Shown here: positions 8,101-16,689 of the stretch, piece by piece
How the letters are laid out: every line of letters starts with the position of its first letter
How positions within the stretch are numbered: position 1 is the stretch's first letter
Source of the DNA: Pirellula staleyi DSM 6068
Lineage (GTDB): Bacteria > Planctomycetota > Planctomycetia > Pirellulales > Pirellulaceae
Reading direction: 5' to 3'
NCBI GenBank assembly: GCA_000025185.1
Contig: CP001848.1
Location: forward strand, 660,001-692,000
Length of the DNA: 32,000 bases
Translations under genes and position numbers: made by a program
Notes under the pieces: model-generated
Databases searched by the model: none
Seen by the model: only the letters and a program-made list of their open reading frames with translations
What the model was told of the DNA's origin: nothing

Positions 8101-10084
8101 GAGCATCTACTTCACCGATCCTGCGGCAGGTGTGGTGCCAACCAATCATGGTGTCGCCTTCTTCCCCAGCTCGTCGAATCAGCAACCTTCGCTGAAGCCG
8201 GGACGTTATGCGATCGTCGGATCGTCGGGTGTGGCCGATGCTGGTAACTACACCACGTACTTTGGACGAAACGCGACCGATCCTGCCGACGTGGCGAACA
8301 CGCGCCGCTTGGTCCTGACACCCAACGCCAACGCCGACACCAATCAGCTGGCGGTGAACAACTTCGAATCGGCACCGAACCCAGCCACGGTGAACTATGG
8401 CACCGATGTCGCCCCGGTGATTGCGATTCCGATCGATAGCCCACGTTCGATCAGCATCTCGGAACCTGCGCAGTCGGGCTATCCAGTAATGGCTGGTACG
8501 AGCTCAGCTTACACTTCAGATCCCGTTGCTAATCCGATCACGCAAGGGACGTACGTTCCACCGATCGATACGCCGCTCGATAACAACCGCACCGACGGTG
8601 CCCCGAATGCCTGGGACACGCTCAAGGACTGGGGAACGAAAGAGCATTTCCGCGCAGTCCATCTGCAGCGGCTTGCCAATCCACTCCTCCCTTGGAACTC
8701 GCTCACCAATCCTTACCTGACGGTGGATACGGCGAGCGTCGATCTCACCGTGTTCAACGGCATCGAGAACAAGGATCACAACTCGTTCAACAAGGATGAG
8801 CTGAACTTCCAAACGGCACAGCGTGGTGGCGCGTTCCCCGAAGCACCGGGGCTCGATTCGCCGAACGCCGCGATCTATCGCAACCTGTGGCTCCAAGAGC
8901 CAGCGCACGGCAACGTGACCGCCGATTCGCCCAACGAAGGTGGCGCACAGACCCACATCTTCAACAAGCAGCTGTTCCACACGCTCGGCTATCTCAATCG
9001 CCGCTATCACCCGTACTTCGATGCTTCGGCCAGTGCCGGGGTCTATCTCGGTGCTCCTTCGCCGAGTGGCATGGGTGGCAATTCAACCTTCCCTTGGCTG
9101 ACGTTCCTCAACCGTCCGTTCGCCAGCCCGTATGAAATGATGCTTGTGCCATCGCAGTCGCAAAGTCGGCTCCTGACACGAGTGACCCTCGCGCCAGCGA
9201 TGTTCGATCCGTTTGACCGGACGAACTACGCTGTCCCCTACTCGCATCTCTTCAACTTCTATCAAAGCACCACCGATGCCCGGACTGTCGATGGCCCGAT
9301 GTTCTCGCGGCTGCTCGACTACGTCTCGATCCCTTCGCCTTATGCCCACTCCGACCATGCGTTCAACATGCAGTCGTTCACTTCGGCGACTTACCCGGGG
9401 GCGAACAACGCCGCTACGTATCGTCCGCCGTTTGCGTTTGTCTCCCGTTTCCGTGAACCGGGACGGATCAACATCAACACCGTGAGCGACTCGCGCATTT
9501 TGGAGGCGCTCTTCAAGGGAATGCCGCAGTACGATCCGTCGATCAACGGCGCGTTTGTCGACAAACTGCTCCGGAGCCGCCAAGGCTACACCGGTACGAT
9601 TGGGCAAGCCGACGTGAACTTCCCAACGATCTTCGCGCAGCCTTTCCGGGCGCAAGACGCGGGAGATTTGGCGCCGCTTCAGAACATGGAAGAGCGGGCG
9701 ATCAACGCCGGCCTGATGCGCCGCGATCCCGACGTCGGCACCACGCCGCTGTTCACCAAACCGAGCACCGGCGACCATGCCGATTCGACACGCAATCCCT
9801 ACTTCCGCTATCAAGGGATGCAGAAGGTTGGCAATCTAGTGACGACGCGCAGCAACTGCTTTGCCTGCTGGATTACGATCGGCTACTTCGAAGCGGAACC
9901 TGCGCCGATCGATGCGGCCCATCGCGACGGCTATTCCCTTGGCCAAGAGATTGGTTACGACTCGGGGGAAGTGCAGCGACATCGGGGCTTCTACATCTTC
10001 GATCGCTCGATCCCGGTCGGATTTATTCCGGGCAAGAAGCTCAATACCGACGATGCCGTGCTGCTGCGGCGCTTTATCGAGTAG
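5141..10084 (+). CDS. Giant GspK-like minor pseudopilin (1647 aa)
   Basis: GGAGAG lies 6-11 nt upstream of ATG 5141. The N-terminus RQRRGVVLLLVISLLTLFILIGVTYAIV is GspK-type (hydrophobic helix without Glu5). IKIIDLDSRLDINATGNL (6401-6454), GRININTVSDSRILEALF (9461-9514) and TTRSNCFACWITIGYFEAEP (9842-9901) resemble GspK hallmark segments as I recall them. It is the last gene of the pseudopilin operon, as gspK is in canonical T2SS operons. Confidence 0.75.
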   Translation: MATQHHATTGICTQQSSPTNRPPSRGRLSRQRRGVVLLLVISLLTLFILIGVTYAIVASTYLSAAKSTALIDQVGDQPQLELDEVFTNILSDTSNNSTLKGTSPLLDMYGTDGICGELTSVGTFDNGNQTIRFSASSPTTFTAPPPYTGATFSNVPDYYNGRVITFWRYNGSEARPISTRVMQYAPPDMSGSITMVVAADFTNSGSMLAAPQIGDRFVINGAPYNGTGAGYQDSTSPALGLEVDVAGTNRPIALLPHFAGHPDPDSAIQSANAGGFDESYDAVDFQNFFLALDPPGLAQEIANSSRTSPQIPSYHRPDLVNYWTNAVSITSDTDILTHSDLLRRVIARPMPWDHPNFTGSNPAFPIGQTNWMSALSNASNLQGIWDVDNDGDGVPDSIWIDPGLPIITTPDGRKVKRLAAIKIIDLDSRLDINATGNLAQTFSSNHRAAQGITLFALAGQTPSAPSLVYLPRGLGYGPAEIDWQSVIFGSDDASYTAVLQARYQGAGETQPGTLGDELLSARHAIGMVPNNLTNPSSYASPPDVYGRGAVGTDHFGQPVYGFTGDNETVDDPYEVQYDHTRATADRPFDVSDLEWLLRHHDSGVGQKPTRLSSSAASTYLTAGAPGSIDATHAKRQLLTTMSSHVPVPPGPHLREERATGWSTNAHRRTLLDLYYKRLLGAGDFTKAWAQLVPFEARHGHPFNINRPFGNGIDDNSNSVIDDPSEALIANELLFGTVNFEKFNDSSYAGDSADQRQIYARHLYTLLMLIRDSGGATWQIPEDVNGDGPTDARDTAHYLAQYAVNVVDFRDNDSINTGFEYDVNPFDGWDVDGDLSTDEGANRGVVWGAERPELLITETLATHDLRTEDLMDEEPNGGETAALVDATTDPDPDFDQRFRPSGSFFLELFNPHFDYTNATNATQQGVHKPLEIYDGNGGVALNRISAGGAGSPVWRVIIVQGAARNENPDVPAPEHLTGAATGAGEIERSIYFTDPAAGVVPTNHGVAFFPSSSNQQPSLKPGRYAIVGSSGVADAGNYTTYFGRNATDPADVANTRRLVLTPNANADTNQLAVNNFESAPNPATVNYGTDVAPVIAIPIDSPRSISISEPAQSGYPVMAGTSSAYTSDPVANPITQGTYVPPIDTPLDNNRTDGAPNAWDTLKDWGTKEHFRAVHLQRLANPLLPWNSLTNPYLTVDTASVDLTVFNGIENKDHNSFNKDELNFQTAQRGGAFPEAPGLDSPNAAIYRNLWLQEPAHGNVTADSPNEGGAQTHIFNKQLFHTLGYLNRRYHPYFDASASAGVYLGAPSPSGMGGNSTFPWLTFLNRPFASPYEMMLVPSQSQSRLLTRVTLAPAMFDPFDRTNYAVPYSHLFNFYQSTTDARTVDGPMFSRLLDYVSIPSPYAHSDHAFNMQSFTSATYPGANNAATYRPPFAFVSRFREPGRININTVSDSRILEALFKGMPQYDPSINGAFVDKLLRSRQGYTGTIGQADVNFPTIFAQPFRAQDAGDLAPLQNMEERAINAGLMRRDPDVGTTPLFTKPSTGDHADSTRNPYFRYQGMQKVGNLVTTRSNCFACWITIGYFEAEPAPIDAAHRDGYSLGQEIGYDSGEVQRHRGFYIFDRSIPVGFIPGKKLNTDDAVLLRRFIE

Positions 10085-10129
10085 CACAGCTGAGTAGCCG
10101 CAACTGAGCAGCGCAGTCCGTGACGCGAG

Positions 10130-10159
10130 CAGCTCCGTAAGCCACTGGCTGCGGAGCTG
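10130..10159. terminator. Hairpin in the convergent gap between the giant pseudopilin gene and tadA (possible bidirectional terminator; weak)
   Basis: CAGCTCCG (10130-10137) pairs with CGGAGCTG (10152-10159). There is an inner AGCC/GGCT stem with a 3-nt loop. No adjacent U-tract on either strand, hence the low confidence. Confidence 0.3.
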
Positions 10160-10177
10160 AGCGAGGGCTGGCCTGCT

Positions 10178-10645
10178 TTATTTTTTGCCGAGCCGGCGCT
10201 GCTGCTGAAAGAAGCGGGTGAGAATCTCGCCCGATGGTTTGGCGAGAATGCCGGGAACGACCTGACAGCGGTGATTCAGCCGCTCGTCGGTCAGCAGATG
10301 AAACAGCGAGCCGACCGCTCCTGCTTTGGGATCGGTGGCCCCGTAGACCACGGTTGGCACACGGGCTTGCAAGATCGCACCCGAGCACATGATGCAAGGT
10401 TCGAGGGTGACGTAGAGGGTGCAGCCTTCGAGCCGCCAATCCCCCATCGATTCGGCCGCTTGCGTAATCGCAATCATCTCGGCATGGGCGGTGGGATCGT
10501 GCAGCGCCTCGCGCTGATTGTGAGCAGCAGCGATGACACGCCCTGAATGCACAATCACAGCTCCCACCGGAACTTCATCTTCATCGAACGCAGCCGACGC
10601 TTCGTTCAAAGCGAGCTGCATATAGTAGTCGTGCGTCAGGAGCAT
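10178..10645 (-). CDS. tadA: tRNA-specific adenosine deaminase TadA (CDA-fold zinc deaminase)
   Basis: Contains EVPVGAVIV, the HAEM motif ([15 protein letters not shown]) and the PC..C motif ([34 protein letters not shown]). The size is typical (about 155 aa). The listed start at 10648 is a TTG immediately followed by ATG (10643-10645 on the + strand = CAT). I take the ATG. Confidence 0.9.
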   Translation of the reverse strand: MLLTHDYYMQLALNEASAAFDEDEVPVGAVIVHSGRVIAAAHNQREALHDPTAHAEMIAITQAAESMGDWRLEGCTLYVTLEPCIMCSGAILQARVPTVVYGATDPKAGAVGSLFHLLTDERLNHRCQVVPGILAKPSGEILTRFFQQQRRLGKK

Positions 10646-10734
10646 CAAAGCCGTCTTGGATGGCGTGAGAGAAAGCGGAGCGCGAGGTTCACGCTAGTTT
10701 TTAGCAACTCGTGCGAACGATTTTTTATCGACCA

Positions 10735-11457
10735 CTACTTATCGTTATCGGTTACCGAGGGCTCTTTGACCTCTTCTGCCTTGGCATCGGCAGGGAGCTT
10801 AGTGAGCTTGAAATTGCGGTAAGCAGTCTTCGTTTGGTACGAGGAGAGGCCGAGCGGCTTCGAGAGATCGACTTCACTGCGGGTCGAGATCTTTTTGTCT
10901 TTCAGATCGACGCTCGCCAGGTTTTCGTCGTCGATGAAGGCTTGCAGCTTACCACCGGCAACACGGACCCGGATCTTGTACCACTGATTAGATTTGAACG
11001 TGCGAAACTGTGTGGTTTCGTTCTCGGAGGCGTCGTAGTTGTTGATGCTCGAGATGCCGACAATGCCACCGGCCCAGCCTCCGACGATGAAGCTCGCATG
11101 CGAGTCGCGTACGGGAAAGGTGAGTCCGACGAAGAAGTCGATGCCATCGACGCGCATCGCTTCGACGGTGATTTCGTACTGATCTTTGGGAAGCGGATCT
11201 TTGCCGGTCCAGGTGACACCGGTGAGCGGGTCGCCCATCGCAAATTGGAGCAAACCTTTCTCGATCGTGACTTCCCCTTCGCCACCAAAATTGGTTTTCT
11301 TCCAGTTGGTGAGGGTCTTGCCGTCGAACAGGTCGATGGTGGTCGACTTCTCAGCAGCGGGTGCTTGGGGCTCTTCGGCAGTCGACCAGCGCGCGACGAA
11401 AAGTGGCAGAGCCAGGAGGAGCGCGACGAGTGGCCGAGAAAGTCGCAAGTGAGTCAT
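10735..11457 (-). CDS. Secreted DUF1080 (3-keto-disaccharide hydrolase-like, concanavalin-fold) domain protein
   Basis: Internal ATG (11455-11457 = CAT) gives a signal peptide, MTHLRLSRPLVALLLALPLFVARWSTAEE. LFDGKTLTNWKK...GEVTIEKGLL...YEITVEAMRVDG...WYKIRVRVAGGKLQAFIDD is the typical DUF1080 pattern. The longer listed ORF (to 11592) would overlap the upstream epimerase gene. Confidence 0.75.
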   Translation of the reverse strand: MTHLRLSRPLVALLLALPLFVARWSTAEEPQAPAAEKSTTIDLFDGKTLTNWKKTNFGGEGEVTIEKGLLQFAMGDPLTGVTWTGKDPLPKDQYEITVEAMRVDGIDFFVGLTFPVRDSHASFIVGGWAGGIVGISSINNYDASENETTQFRTFKSNQWYKIRVRVAGGKLQAFIDDENLASVDLKDKKISTRSEVDLSKPLGLSSYQTKTAYRNFKLTKLPADAKAEEVKEPSVTDNDK

Positions 11458-11552
11458 CGGAGCGGGCTCCTGGAGCGGCGGTGTGGGTGGGATCGATGCG
11501 AAACTGGAGCAAGTAATTATGACAGATTCGCTGCGCGGAGCATAGCGCGCGG

Positions 11553-12539
11553 CTACCAAGGACGACCAGCCGACTCTTCTTGCAGGGCCCAAGCGACGTA
11601 GCGCGGGACTTCGATCTCGATCTGACGGGTCGGCTGATAGCCGAGCACACGGGCCGATTTTTCGAGGCTGGCGTGTGTTCGGAGCATATCTTCCGTGCGC
11701 GAGGGGAGCTGCTCGATGAGGGCGCGGCGGCCAGCAGCGGCCTCGATCATGTCGATCAGCTGACGGACGGTGATCGGCGCACAGCTTCCCAGATTGAACG
11801 CTTCTCCGGCGACAGCGGTGGCGAAGTGAGGGTGCTCGAGCGTTTGCAGCAAACCTTGGGCGATATCGGTGACGTGGGTGAAATCGCGGAGCGCCGAGCC
11901 ATCGCCAAACAGCTTCAGCGGCTCGCCCCGCAGGATCGCGCGTGTGAAAGCCGCGAGCGCTAGTTCGGGGCGAATGCGAATGCCATAGGCGTTAAAAAAT
12001 CGGAGCGAAACGAACGGAATCTGATACAGATGATGGTAGTTAAAACCGAGCTGCTCGGCGGCCCGCTTACTCACACCGTAAGGGCTGACCGGATTGCCCA
12101 TCGGCGCATCTTCGGCAAATGGTGCTGCAGCTCCACTGCCATATACCGTGGAGGACGACGCAAACAGGAACTGCTCGACGCGATGTTGCCGCGCAAGTTC
12201 CAGCAGCACCAGGGTCGCCTCGATGTTGTTCCGCAGGCATTGACGAGGATCGCGCAAACTTGCCGGGACACCTGGCGAAGCGGCCAAGTGGACGATGCTG
12301 CGTACCGCATGCTCTTCGAGCAGTTTTTTGAGCGCGACAGCGTCGAGGCAGTCGGCATTGGCGATCGTGATACGAGGGGAAAGAGCGGCGAGGTGCGCGG
12401 CGATATTGCGTTTGACGATAGGGCTGTAGTACGGATCGAAATTGTCGACCACAACGAGCCGGTGCGAAGTTTTTGCCAGCAGTAGCTCGACCAGGTGGCT
12501 TCCGATGAAGCCTGCCCCACCAGTGATCAAAACAGCCAT
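11553..12539 (-). CDS. NAD-dependent epimerase/dehydratase (extended SDR; UDP-sugar 4-epimerase-like)
   Basis: MAVLITGGAGFIGSHLVELLL (Rossmann GxxGxxG), catalytic YGVSKRAAE (YxxxK), 328 aa. Substrate is not assignable by eye. Confidence 0.85.
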   Translation of the reverse strand: MAVLITGGAGFIGSHLVELLLAKTSHRLVVVDNFDPYYSPIVKRNIAAHLAALSPRITIANADCLDAVALKKLLEEHAVRSIVHLAASPGVPASLRDPRQCLRNNIEATLVLLELARQHRVEQFLFASSSTVYGSGAAAPFAEDAPMGNPVSPYGVSKRAAEQLGFNYHHLYQIPFVSLRFFNAYGIRIRPELALAAFTRAILRGEPLKLFGDGSALRDFTHVTDIAQGLLQTLEHPHFATAVAGEAFNLGSCAPITVRQLIDMIEAAAGRRALIEQLPSRTEDMLRTHASLEKSARVLGYQPTRQIEIEVPRYVAWALQEESAGRPW

Positions 12540-12726
12540 GAAACCATGATCTTGTACGAAGAGTAAAAGCGGGGCCGCATGCGACAGCCGATCGACATAG
12601 GACGTTATAGTGGGAAACTTAGCTGTTGTGCGAGAGTGCTAGTGCATGCCGCACCGCGATGTAACGTGTGTGTTGCTCGATTTTTTGAGTCAAATCGTGG
12701 CTCTGCATCGAGAGGCAGGGAAGTTT

Positions 12727-13134
12727 ATGAATCCTAGCGGGCGAACATCGATTGCCACGATCGCTGCGCTAGCGGTGCTGATCTATTGGGGGATTTTGTT
12801 CCTGGGGACGCATTTGCCGGGTGGTTCGCAGCTCCCCTTCACGTGGTTTGACAAAGTGCAGCATGCCAGTGCGTTTGCGATGCTCGCGCTGCTGCTACTC
12901 ACGGCGATCAGCTTGCGGGTTCGCGCTGGCTGGATTGCCACGCTAACGGTGATTGGCATTTGTGCCGTTTATGGCCTGGTCGACGAACTTTCGCAGCAAC
13001 TGGTGCCGCGGCGCACGTGCGATTTCTATGACTGGGTGGCCGACGTCACGGGGAGCTTGATCGGCTGCGGCATTTTCTTTGCCGTGCGAGCCGCTTGGGC
13101 GATGCTGCGAGCGACGCAGAGCCCAACGACCTAG
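12727..13134 (+). CDS. VanZ-like family membrane protein
   Basis: Four hydrophobic segments. DKVQHASAFAMLALLL and LVDELSQQLVPRRTCDFYDWVADVTGSLIG match the VanZ-like pattern (dK..H...y......., DE..Q.f.pgR....~D...n..G..iG). Start is ambiguous: ATG 12646 or ATG 12727. Confidence 0.7.
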   Translation: MNPSGRTSIATIAALAVLIYWGILFLGTHLPGGSQLPFTWFDKVQHASAFAMLALLLLTAISLRVRAGWIATLTVIGICAVYGLVDELSQQLVPRRTCDFYDWVADVTGSLIGCGIFFAVRAAWAMLRATQSPTT

Positions 13135-15407
13135 GGCTTTGGTGGCGGAGTTGCCGGGGTCAGTCGATAGAGCGAGAAGCTGCGCTGGTGTCCCTCGATA
13201 AGTGGCTCGAGCGCGATGGGCTCGATGATCTTGCGCTGCACCAGTTGCTCGACCAGCTGGGGGTGGAAGCGTGGATCGTAGCCATAGTTCCCCGCGCTTT
13301 GGTAGCGCGCGATCTCGGCCCAATCGACGAGCAGGTAACCGACGCTGCGCGATGAAAATGCGAGGCGAATCTCGTCATCGGTGGGGCCAATCGTCCAGTC
13401 GCATAGCAGACACGGATTGAAGCAGACGTTGTACGAGCAGGGGCGCTCGATATCAAACGGCGCGGCGTCACCCACCAGCAGCACACCTAGCTCATCGCGC
13501 GGAAGCACTTGATTGAGGATCGCATGACTCTCGCGCACGCGGCGCGGAAACGTGGGATCGCCCCCCTGCGTTGCATCGACGCGAAGTGCAGCGAGTGACA
13601 CGAACCAGCGGTTGTCGGCTGCCAGCGGCGAGGCGAGGATTAGCGCGCCATCCATGAGCAAAATCAGCAGTAGCGCGAGGAACCCCCATGATCGTTTTTG
13701 CAAAATAGGGAGCGCTGGATCGATCGCGCACAGCTTCAGCAAGTTGTCGCACGCGATGGCCGCAAGTAGCGCCGCGAGGGGCAAGATCGGTAGCAGGAAT
13801 CGATCGAGTCGATGCGATACCAGCCACCAGATGGCAAGGCCCCAGAGCAGCCACAGAGCGATGGCACGCGAGGGGCCAGCGGCGCGGACGGCGAAGAGGA
13901 TTCCGATGACAAACAGCGGCAGTGCGGCGCTGGCGTACTCACCAGTAACCAGTGCGCGCCAGAGGCTGCTGGCGAGCTGCGCGGGAGTGTAGCGATTGCC
14001 CTTGTCGTCGCGCGGAACTTGATGAGCACGTTCCCAGCGGCTGATTGCTTCGTCGTCGAAGGGCGGAGCGCCGAACACCGAACCAGCAAGGGGATAGACA
14101 GGATTTCCGGTGAAATAGAGGTTTTTTCCATACCACGGACCGATCGTCACGAGCGATGCCGCCAAGAAAGCAGCGGTCGCGATCGCTGCTGACCGCCAGG
14201 CTGCTTGTGAATCGTTCTTTTGGCTTTGCGTACTATGCTCTGTCGTTTTTAGAACGAGTAACGCATCGCGCACGATCCAGACGAGTGCAGGCAAAAGGAC
14301 GAGCGCGAGGGCCGGATACTTACAGCAGCAGGCCATGCCCGCAGCGAGTCCCGCGAGGATCGCGCGCTGGGTGAGTGACACGTCGAGCAGTAGCGCGTGG
14401 AGTGTGAGGAGAGCAAACGAGGCGAGCACGCCATCGTTCAGTCCGCCTATCGAAACGTGCAATGCCCACGGATGCGAAACGTAAATCGCCACGGCGAGAA
14501 GCGATGAAAGTCTGCCGAGCGACAATCGCCGCGCGATCGAGTAGATGCTCCCTGCTGCAATCATGCTGGCGACAGCCATCAGCAATTTGCCGGCGAGCGC
14601 GCCATGCCACCAATCGAGATCGCCACGAAACAGATTCATCGCCACGATCGCCGGAACTTCGGCCAGGAGTGGCATGTTGCCATAGACGTTATGCGTTAAA
14701 AACGAAATCTGCCCTGCTTGATACCACTCCTTGGGAACTTGCAGGTGATACTCGCGGACGTCGAAATCGTGCGGCGGCAAGATCGATCCCCACAGCGTCA
14801 CGCCAATCAAGAGGCCGATAATAATCGCGAGCGCGCGCTCGGTTCCTGTCCATGCTTCCCTCGGATTTTTGAGCGAAGCGGAACTTCTAACCAGCGCGAG
14901 CCAGCCACGCTGGTGCGCGACGAGATCGACCACGGCGATCAGCCCGAGAAGCGCTAGTCCGATGCCGAAGTAAATTCCCTTCGTCGTGAAGAGCCCTACC
15001 ACGAGCACGACCGTGGCCAGCATGCCGTAGCCCAGTAGGGCGCCGAATACGAGGCGCTCGAGAGGCGTGAGCGTTCCGTCGATGCCGAGGAGTCGTCGCG
15101 CGCTGTTGCCAGCCAGAAGCATCAGCGCAGCTGTAGCCAGCGCGACGAGCAGGATCGGCAGCCGGTCGAAAAAACCAAGCGTCATTTGCCCCGCGCCAAA
15201 CCACTGGCCGATGAGCAAGTCGGGATTCAGCAAGTAGAGCCACAACTGCTGACGCAGGGGCTGCTGCGCGAAAAACAGCAGCATCAGTAGTCCGATGCTA
15301 CTGGCCAGCACGATGCCCATCGCTGTGGGGGCTGTGCGAGGGGAAGAGATCGGCGCGGAAGCTCCTACCGAAGTAGCTGCTGCCCTTGTTTTTTCGCGTT
15401 TTGCCAA
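13131..15407 (-). CDS. Large polytopic membrane protein, putative GT-C-fold glycosyltransferase (PMT/ArnT-like) with a C-terminal soluble domain
   Basis: 758-aa ORF with more than 12 hydrophobic helices. An acidic first-loop segment (PPHDFDVREYHLQVPKEWY) resembles the GT-C D/E loop. A non-membrane C-terminal region of about 150 aa follows. Start is uncertain: TTG at 15407 or ATG at 15320. Function is inferred from architecture only. Confidence 0.6.
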   Translation of the reverse strand: MAKREKTRAAATSVGASAPISSPRTAPTAMGIVLASSIGLLMLLFFAQQPLRQQLWLYLLNPDLLIGQWFGAGQMTLGFFDRLPILLVALATAALMLLAGNSARRLLGIDGTLTPLERLVFGALLGYGMLATVVLVVGLFTTKGIYFGIGLALLGLIAVVDLVAHQRGWLALVRSSASLKNPREAWTGTERALAIIIGLLIGVTLWGSILPPHDFDVREYHLQVPKEWYQAGQISFLTHNVYGNMPLLAEVPAIVAMNLFRGDLDWWHGALAGKLLMAVASMIAAGSIYSIARRLSLGRLSSLLAVAIYVSHPWALHVSIGGLNDGVLASFALLTLHALLLDVSLTQRAILAGLAAGMACCCKYPALALVLLPALVWIVRDALLVLKTTEHSTQSQKNDSQAAWRSAAIATAAFLAASLVTIGPWYGKNLYFTGNPVYPLAGSVFGAPPFDDEAISRWERAHQVPRDDKGNRYTPAQLASSLWRALVTGEYASAALPLFVIGILFAVRAAGPSRAIALWLLWGLAIWWLVSHRLDRFLLPILPLAALLAAIACDNLLKLCAIDPALPILQKRSWGFLALLLILLMDGALILASPLAADNRWFVSLAALRVDATQGGDPTFPRRVRESHAILNQVLPRDELGVLLVGDAAPFDIERPCSYNVCFNPCLLCDWTIGPTDDEIRLAFSSRSVGYLLVDWAEIARYQSAGNYGYDPRFHPQLVEQLVQRKIIEPIALEPLIEGHQRSFSLYRLTPATPPPKP

Positions 15408-15632
15408 GTGAAAAAGTCCCGATCTCTATCGTGCGGTCGCGGGGCGCAGCACGATCCGCCCGAAATGGGGATCGCGCGGGCCGACCTATCACTGCAAGTT
15501 GTGTGAACTATGATTGTATACTCGTAGCCTCCCGAGCGAGGAATCGTGCGGGCTGTAACGAATTTAACGAACCACCATGTGGGCGAGGCGGAAACTGTCT
15601 TGCTCAATCTCCCCTCCCTTTGCTGCTGGTGA

Positions 15633-16658
15633 ATGATGCCTGGAACTTCTGCCGAACGACTCCGCGGTATTTTTACGCCCAACATCGTCCCCCTCGATGC
15701 CGATGGCGAGATCCACGAAGGCGAACTGCGCCGCTATGTCGATTGGCTCATCGACTCGGGTGTACATGGGCTTTATCCCAACGGCAGCACCGGCGAGTTC
15801 ACGCGCTTCACAGCGGAAGAACGTCGACGCATCATCGAGATCATGGCCGATCAGACAGCTGGTCGTGTGCCGATTCTCGCCGGAGCTGCGGAAGCCAACA
15901 CGCGCGAAACAATCAAGGCGTGCGAGTACTATTACGAGCTCGGCTGTCGCGCCGTCGCGATTGTTTCGCCCTTCTACTACAAGCTGACCCCCGCTGGCGT
16001 GTACGCCTATTTCAAAGAGATCGCCGACAACTCGCCGATCGACATCACGCTCTATAACATCCCGATGTTCGCCTCGCCGATCGATGTGCCAACGGTGCAA
16101 CGCTTGGCAGAAGAATGCGAGCGCGCGGTGGCCATTAAGGATAGCTCGGGAGATCTGCCGCACATGATGCGCATGATCGCTGCCGTGCGACCACTCCGCA
16201 CCGATTTCAGCTTCCTCACCGGCTGGGATGCGGCGCTGATGCCGATGATTCTGGTCGGCTGCGATGGTGGAACAAACGCCACCAGCGGTGTGGTGCCCGA
16301 GATCACGCGCAAGCTCTACGACCTGACGGTGAGTGGCCAAATCGACGCCGCACGCGATCTGCAATATCGCTTGCTGCCGCTGTTCGATGCGATGCTCTAC
16401 TCGGCTGAATTCCCCGACGGTTTCCGCGCGGCGATGAAGCTTCGAGGCTTCGAGCCCGGTCCAAGTCGTCAGCCGAAGTCCGACGTTCAGCAGTTGCAAC
16501 TGGCGAAGCTCAGCGATCAGCTGCAATGCTTGCTCGCCGCCGAGGGCTTCACCTCGCAACCATCGGGTGGCTGCAAGCCCAAGCCAGCGGTGAACGAAGA
16601 CGAAGTTGCCCGCATCGTGCAAACGGTGATGGGTGAACTGCGTAAGCACGGCGTGTAA
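15633..16658 (+). CDS. Dihydrodipicolinate synthase / N-acetylneuraminate lyase family class I aldolase
   Basis: [55 protein letters not shown] and the Schiff-base Lys context [10 protein letters not shown] are DHDPS/NAL-family hallmarks. The GSTGE variant is closer to the NanA-like form than to DapA GTTGE, so I do not call it dapA. Confidence 0.85.
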   Translation: MMPGTSAERLRGIFTPNIVPLDADGEIHEGELRRYVDWLIDSGVHGLYPNGSTGEFTRFTAEERRRIIEIMADQTAGRVPILAGAAEANTRETIKACEYYYELGCRAVAIVSPFYYKLTPAGVYAYFKEIADNSPIDITLYNIPMFASPIDVPTVQRLAEECERAVAIKDSSGDLPHMMRMIAAVRPLRTDFSFLTGWDAALMPMILVGCDGGTNATSGVVPEITRKLYDLTVSGQIDAARDLQYRLLPLFDAMLYSAEFPDGFRAAMKLRGFEPGPSRQPKSDVQQLQLAKLSDQLQCLLAAEGFTSQPSGGCKPKPAVNEDEVARIVQTVMGELRKHGV

Positions 16659-16689
16659 CGCACTGACAGCTTCGCGCGGGATGCTGCTC

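Noticed and set aside
5030-9814. Long antisense ORFs inside the giant gene (5030..5836, 6053..7240, 7319..8185, 8516..9010, 9083..9814, all minus strand)
   Set aside because: They are R/G/V/H-rich with no motifs and lie wholly inside a + strand ORF that carries recognisable pseudopilin/GspK motifs. These are typical high-GC shadow frames.
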